A DNA stretch of 64,000 bases. It comes from Orbicella franksi (taxonomy: Eukaryota). The translations under genes were made by a program, and so were the position numbers. The DNA lies in the NCBI GenBank assembly GCA_964199315.1, contig OZ116711.1, positions 5,704,001-5,768,000 on the forward strand, written 5' to 3'. Below the pieces are notes generated by a model. That model saw nothing but the letters and a program-made list of their open reading frames with translations, did not search any database and was not told where the DNA came from. Shown here piece after piece: positions 60,701 to 64,000 of the stretch; positions within the stretch are counted from its first letter, which is position 1; every line of letters starts with the position of its first letter.

Positions 60701-63635
60701 GGAGTTATAAATATTGCTTACCAGCGAGTAGAATCAGGTGGCAGGGCAGCCTCAACCACGCATGAAGTACTGGTTACTTCATAAGCACTCATAGAAAGAG
60801 GCTTGGAGCGACCCAGACGACCAACCTGGACCTGTACAGAACCATAATGTTCGAACAAATTATTATTCGAATGTAATCGTCTCTCTGATCTAAGGTTGTC
60901 GTTTATTTTCATTTATATGTTTTTCCAATGGCAATTTAAAATACCACGTCTAATACAAAAATCCTATATTCAACGTAAGTCAAACAGGAAATTAATGCTT
61001 GCTCAATGCTAGCTCAGCCAATCAGATTGTAGCATTTGCATTAGGGGTGCAAGTAGCTATAGAATTACACTCTGTTCTTAAAGATAAGGAGGGAGCACCT
61101 ACGAAGTGAATTTTTCGATGTAACTAGTTATCCGTAAGGTTTAAGGCTATTCAATAGACAAGGAATTGTAAATTGAATAAACACACCATACTGTTTATGT
61201 GTGTAAATCATAAATTACACTAGTACAGTGCTGACGAATCTGGCAAAATTCGAACTCCTGCTCTTATTAAATCGTAATAATGTTACATTAGAATGTCACT
61301 ACAATCGATATTAATACTGATTTGTATCTACTACACCTTATGTGGTCCAGCTACAAATACATGTTCTGGGCGGAGGTCCCCATGTACAATGTGGTTGACA
61401 TGAAGGTAGTGTAGAGCAGACGCCACCTGGCATAAGTATGTGATTATATCGTCCTTCTCACAACGCCGGTCAAGAACATACTCTTTCAAGTTGCCAAAGC
61501 TGGTTCTTGGTGAGTGCTGTCGTTAGAGAATTAAAAGAAATATGCACTGGTCAATTCAAGGCTAAGAAGCGCGCTTCCGGAAGTTTGCTCATATACTCAG
61601 ACAGAAATCTACGATTCTAGAAGTGCACATCTCAAAGTGCAACTTCTTAAATTATAACATCAGGCCAAAATGCCATACAAGCGCGAGCGAGTCCTGGCCG
61701 GGGACACTGTGAAGTCTTTTTGGGTAAGACACTTTACTCTCACAGTGCCTCTCCCCACCCAGGTGTTTAATGCGACCGGGGGGGACCCTAGCCGATCCCA
61801 TCCAGGGGAAGAATAAATACTCCTAGTCGCTTAACTCTACAGTAACCGGAATGAGCTCCGGCCTGATGGGCCACTTGGCTCGTATGGGGGCTACGAAGGG
61901 CGCTTCCGTAGGTCTTTTAATATATTCAGTCAGAAATCTATAATGCTGGAAGCACTGTCCACGGTCATAGTTGTCTTTCATTTTGGACTCTATCAGTCAG
62001 TCTTGTTTAACTGTTATTCTATTTCAGATCTCTTACAGATCCTGTGTATACTAGTAGCATTTTCGTTTGCGGTCCCTTGCCACATTTGCATTTGTTTTTT
62101 TCCTTGGGCGTTACTCACAATGTCAACATCTGGACTGTGAGAATCCAAATTAAATATCCTATGGATAGGTAGGAGATAATCATTGCGAAGCGAGAAAAGT
62201 CTTCTCAAATGCTGTTTGTCCCCACCAGTGATCCTCTCTTTCATCACAGATTCCCCCTAATTGACCAAAAAAAAGATGGAACTTTTCATGTTTTTGTCGT
62301 AAACATTCTGCGGGGATTAACTGATATATTATTTAGTGGTCATCACACGAAAGAATGAATTTAATTTAACCCCTTCGATGCTAACTTTTGCGGCCAAAAC
62401 GCTCTTTTCTTAACCGTTGAATTTGTTTTTGGCATAATTTCCCCAAACTTTGCTAGAAAAGCATTTTTTTTTCCATTCACTGGAGCGAGATTTTGATAAT
62501 GATTGCGTATTGTTGCGAGTTCAAGCAATTCAACCAAACTAGTCCACTGAATTACAAAGAGCTTTTGAGATTATGCCATGTAACACTTTTCACTATTCAA
62601 AACTCGTCTTTTACGAACTCTATGTACATTCCTGACATTCAAAATTCAAATGGTTAACAGTGCAAAAAGCCTACGCCGAATTTGTCAGTGATTGTGAATT
62701 ATCAATTAAAACGCAAAGATTGTGTTTTTCTTTCATTCTTTTCTATTTTTGCCTTGTTGTTGTAAAAATGAATAAAAAGTAGTAGGAGAAAGATGCAAAG
62801 ACTGTATTATCCCATAATTAATTGGGAAAGATTGGCAGATCCTTTCTTAACTTTATCGTCAGCTGGCCTACCGTATCCTCATACTCTTCGTAGATCGTCT
62901 GTGATCTGTCAACATCGGTGTACTCTGAATAGATTGCATACATGAATAACATGAAATGGAATGCAGTGTAACGGTAACATAATCAGTCGTTCGTCTTAAA
63001 ACTGTATCGAAACTGTCGTCAGTGGTGACCACATCATATTCGGAGAGTACATCTCATTTTACTAGTTAAGAACATGTACCCCAAGGAATGCTCAAACTCT
63101 AGAAACACCATTTATATATCATATACTGTGTTACGTGTTGTTGAGAAACAAAGAGCGGAAACTTAGGCTTTGATATGAAAGTTTTCCCCTTTCGAAATGA
63201 TAGCATTTCCACAATCGAGAAAAAAAAGCAACGGGAGGTCCTTGCCATTTAACATGCGTACAAATGTGTATATGTCTGGATTTATGGAAACAGTGTTAAA
63301 GAAAGCGCGTCCTGCTCAAGGGTTTTTTTCTCGCCAGGGATTATTTCGAAGTAGACGATATAAAAATCAAAAGGAATGTCAGTCTTTTTTTCCACCACTC
63401 TCTTATCTTCCTTTTCTTGTACCTCTCTCTCTATCTTTTTCCGCATTGACACGGTTTTCATAAATCCAGTCATATATATAATGACACTATTCACATTCAA
63501 ACTCCAACAAAACGGGTAATACAATAATTCACACATTGACACATAATTAAAAAGATAACTATTCATGGTACCTGAAACATTGTCTTGAGAAACGAACTCG
63601 TACATATCATCCAGTTCCTGTGGTTGTTGAGATAC
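57794..63635 (-). CDS. Tandem-pseudokinase scaffold paralogue C, 3' half (5' part beyond window end)
   Basis: Exons 63635-63572 (VSQQPQELDDMYEFVSQDNVS), 62924-62872 (EYTDVDRSQTIYEEYEDT), 62256-62119, 61516-61337 (HGDLRPEH), 60831-60722, 60002-59849, 59365-59214, 58808-57794. Same exon lengths and phases as the kinase-2 exons of A and B. Confidence 0.87.
61685..61890 (+). mobile_element. tRNA-derived SINE, 5'-truncated
   Basis: ctttactctcacagtgcctctc...atcccatccagggg...tactcctagtcgct...ctccggcctgatgggccacttggctcgtatg. Confidence 0.7.
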
Positions 63636-63696
63636 CTATAAGAAGAGGACGATAATAGCTAAAATGAGGTGGAGGTGTTGCCTAGTACAGTCCTAG

Positions 63697-64000
63697 TGGG
63701 AGGGGGGAGGAAATCCCATATAAAAAGGACGGTGTTGCTCTTCCTACTTTTTAGGGGTTTAAAAGCGGTGTTGGTACCTCTTAGGATGTTCAGCCTTAAA
63801 AGGTCCACAACGGGAGCTTTTGCGGTGCCTTTTAGGGTATTAGGCCGACAAAATATGACCGGGGATAAGGTGATGATTTAGAATTTGTAGCTCTTAGGGT
63901 TGAAAAATATTTCAGGCCATACCCACAAAACAGGATCTTGGTACCTCTTGGAGATTCTTTTGAAAATTTCCGACGAGCACCCGTCGCTTTTTGTATGGGA
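63697..64000. mobile_element. Non-autonomous DNA element (runs off window)
   Basis: gggagggg..cccatataaaaaggacgg start and ccgacgagcaccc near the end, as in 51953-52230. Confidence 0.55.

Overview
AT-rich, intron-containing animal DNA. The repeat landscape (tRNA-derived SINEs, palindromic MITEs) and a stand-alone GT4 glycosyltransferase suggest a cnidarian, probably a stony coral; this is inference and the species cannot be called. Contents: (1) the 3' exons of a TTLL7 tubulin polyglutamylase on + (168-~5000), with one GC-AG intron; (2) a two-exon GT4 (GT-B fold) glycosyltransferase on + (10937-12210); (3) a tandem array of three paralogous minus-strand genes: A 16101-33742 (start codon not found), B 38193-54896 (hand-built model of about 1550 aa with consistent splice phases) and C 57794->63635 (3' half only). 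The reconstructed architecture is a short RHIM/amyloid-like exon, an alpha-helical region, pseudokinase 1 (HRD->HRA, no DFG), a Tyr-rich linker built from micro-exons, degenerate kinase 2 (HGD, DFG->RLG, catalytic-loop Asn lost), a conserved ~60-aa module and a long acidic tail of SH2-type Tyr motifs. No signal peptide or TM segment is seen. The activation-segment exons look homogenised between paralogues, gene B has a duplicated first-exon/promoter block, and kappaB-like sites lie upstream of A and B. Best candidate for an undescribed system: a cytosolic tandem-pseudokinase phosphotyrosine scaffold family, possibly immune or cell-death related. All gene models were assembled by eye and need RNA-seq and HMM confirmation.
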